Below, one piece after another: positions 31,007 through 32,000 of a stretch of 32,000 nucleotides of DNA. This DNA is from Candidatus Saccharimonadota bacterium (GTDB taxonomy: Bacteria > Patescibacteriota > Gracilibacteria > Absconditabacterales > Absconditicoccaceae), in assembly GCA_965231145.1 (NCBI GenBank), contig OZ246420.1:600001-632000 (forward strand), written 5' to 3'. A model generated the notes under the pieces. It searched no databases, had not been told where the DNA came from, and saw only the letters and a list, made by a program, of their open reading frames with translations. The position numbers were made by a program, and so were the translations under genes. Every line of letters starts with the position of its first letter. Position 1 is the stretch's first letter.

Positions 31007-32000
31007 ATAATGTAATAAATTCTTTAAATGCATCTTTTACCATCTCTTCTTCACAATTTCTTTCGATTCAGTGTACTCCTAATCTTTTAAGTAGAATGAA
31101 GCTTAATTCTCAATTAGCACTTATTTTATCTTGTTGTAAAACATTCTTAATAGTTTCCCAACTAAGCGCTATGCGCTTATGTTGATTTGGATTTAATCAA
31201 TAAAGCCATTTTTTAACGAACTCTAATTCGGAATTCTGATAAATTTTTACAGACAAATCTAGAGACATTAATATTCCTGTCATAACCGCATCACCATGCC
31301 TTAATTTATAAACTAATGTTTCTAGTACATTTGCAAATGTGTGGCCTAACGAGAGTCCCTTATGGAGTCCAGTATTATCAAATAAATCTGGTGCAACAAA
31401 TGAATACTTCACTTCTAAAGATTCTTTAATCATACTACACCATTGTTCAAAGTTGTCGTCGTTAACTCCATCTTGAATCAAATTAAAATATTTAGTTCCT
31501 TTTTTTATAATAAAATCTGAATCTTCATATTTAATTAATAAATGTTTTATAATTTCTGAAAATCAAAGGATACGCTCAGTCAAAGGCAAATTCTTTATAT
31601 AATTAATGTTACAAAATATTACTTCAGGAGAGCGAAACAAACCAATCACATTCTTATAACTACCTAAATTTACACCAACTTTTCATATAACTGCATCACA
31701 CTGAGACATTACTGTACTCGGAACTTGATAGAATCATATTCATCTCATATACATACCTGTAGCCACCCCGACAAGGTCTCCAACATAACCTCCTCACATT
31801 GCTAAAACACAACTTTTTCTATTAAGTCCAACTGAATGAAAATATTCCAAAAGAAAATGCACAGATAATAAGTTTTTAGTTGTTGTATGAGCATCAAGTA
31901 TCATTTCTCATGCAAATTTTTCTTTTAATTCACTAGAAAATATGCTAGATATTTCTGCTCAGTTACTTGATCGAAATTGTTTATCTACTACCAATAAGAC
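30999..32000 (-). CDS. 3-dehydroquinate synthase-family sugar-phosphate cyclase (5' end beyond the window)
   Basis: ..AM[G]GGYVGDLVGVATGMYMR[G]I[G]FYQVPSTVMSQCDAVI[G]KVGVNLGSYKNVIGLF.., ..LSLGHTFANVLE.., ..HGDAVMTGI... Frame open from 32000 to TAG at 30999. Confidence 0.85.

Noticed and set aside
1-32000. Code 4 (UGA = Trp, Mycoplasma/Spiroplasma-like) as the explanation for in-frame TGA codons
   Set aside because: The TGA positions coincide with invariant Gly residues (Walker A, LSGGQ, HGD, GFTGTP, QGG, and a poly-Gly run), not with Trp positions. TGG is separately used for Trp, for example in WCPPC.

Overview
The window only makes sense when translated with genetic code 25 (UGA = Gly), the code used by Gracilibacteria/BD1-5 and Absconditabacteria/SR1. 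In-frame TGA codons sit at invariant glycines: Tgt FSL-G and QG-G, HsdR GFT-G-TP, ABC Walker A GPN-G-SGKS and LS-GG-Q, APH H-G-D, and DUF45 W-G-xC. The supplied ORF track is therefore heavily fragmented, and it shows no long ORF at all across hsdS and its neighbour. Re-translated by hand, the window is almost fully coding. It contains an ABC exporter (partial), tgt, and a few small or membrane proteins. A roughly 9.4 kb co-directional minus-strand array follows: hsdM, membrane protein, NYN RNase, hsdS, a 267-aa orphan, hsdR, a DUF45/M48 metallopeptidase, a small membrane protein, a GIY-YIG protein, and lexA with a GAAC-N4-GTTC SOS box. After it come membrane proteins, a TspO-like protein, DUF134 plus thioredoxin, a PNPOx-like protein, and an 898-aa surface protein with LRR, FN3, Cys-rich and SLH-like regions. 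The last section is an AT-rich accessory region. It holds an S66 MccF/LdcA-like peptidase, an APH-family kinase with a duplicated 5' fragment, an ABC-F ATPase with a truncated paralog, serine-recombinase remnants bracketing orphan cargo, two alpha/beta hydrolases, and a DHQS-like / kinase / NUDIX operon that runs off the window end. I found no tRNA, rRNA or CRISPR array. The best candidates for an undescribed system are the extra genes embedded in the type I R-M operon. All coordinates and translations were done by hand; no searches were run.
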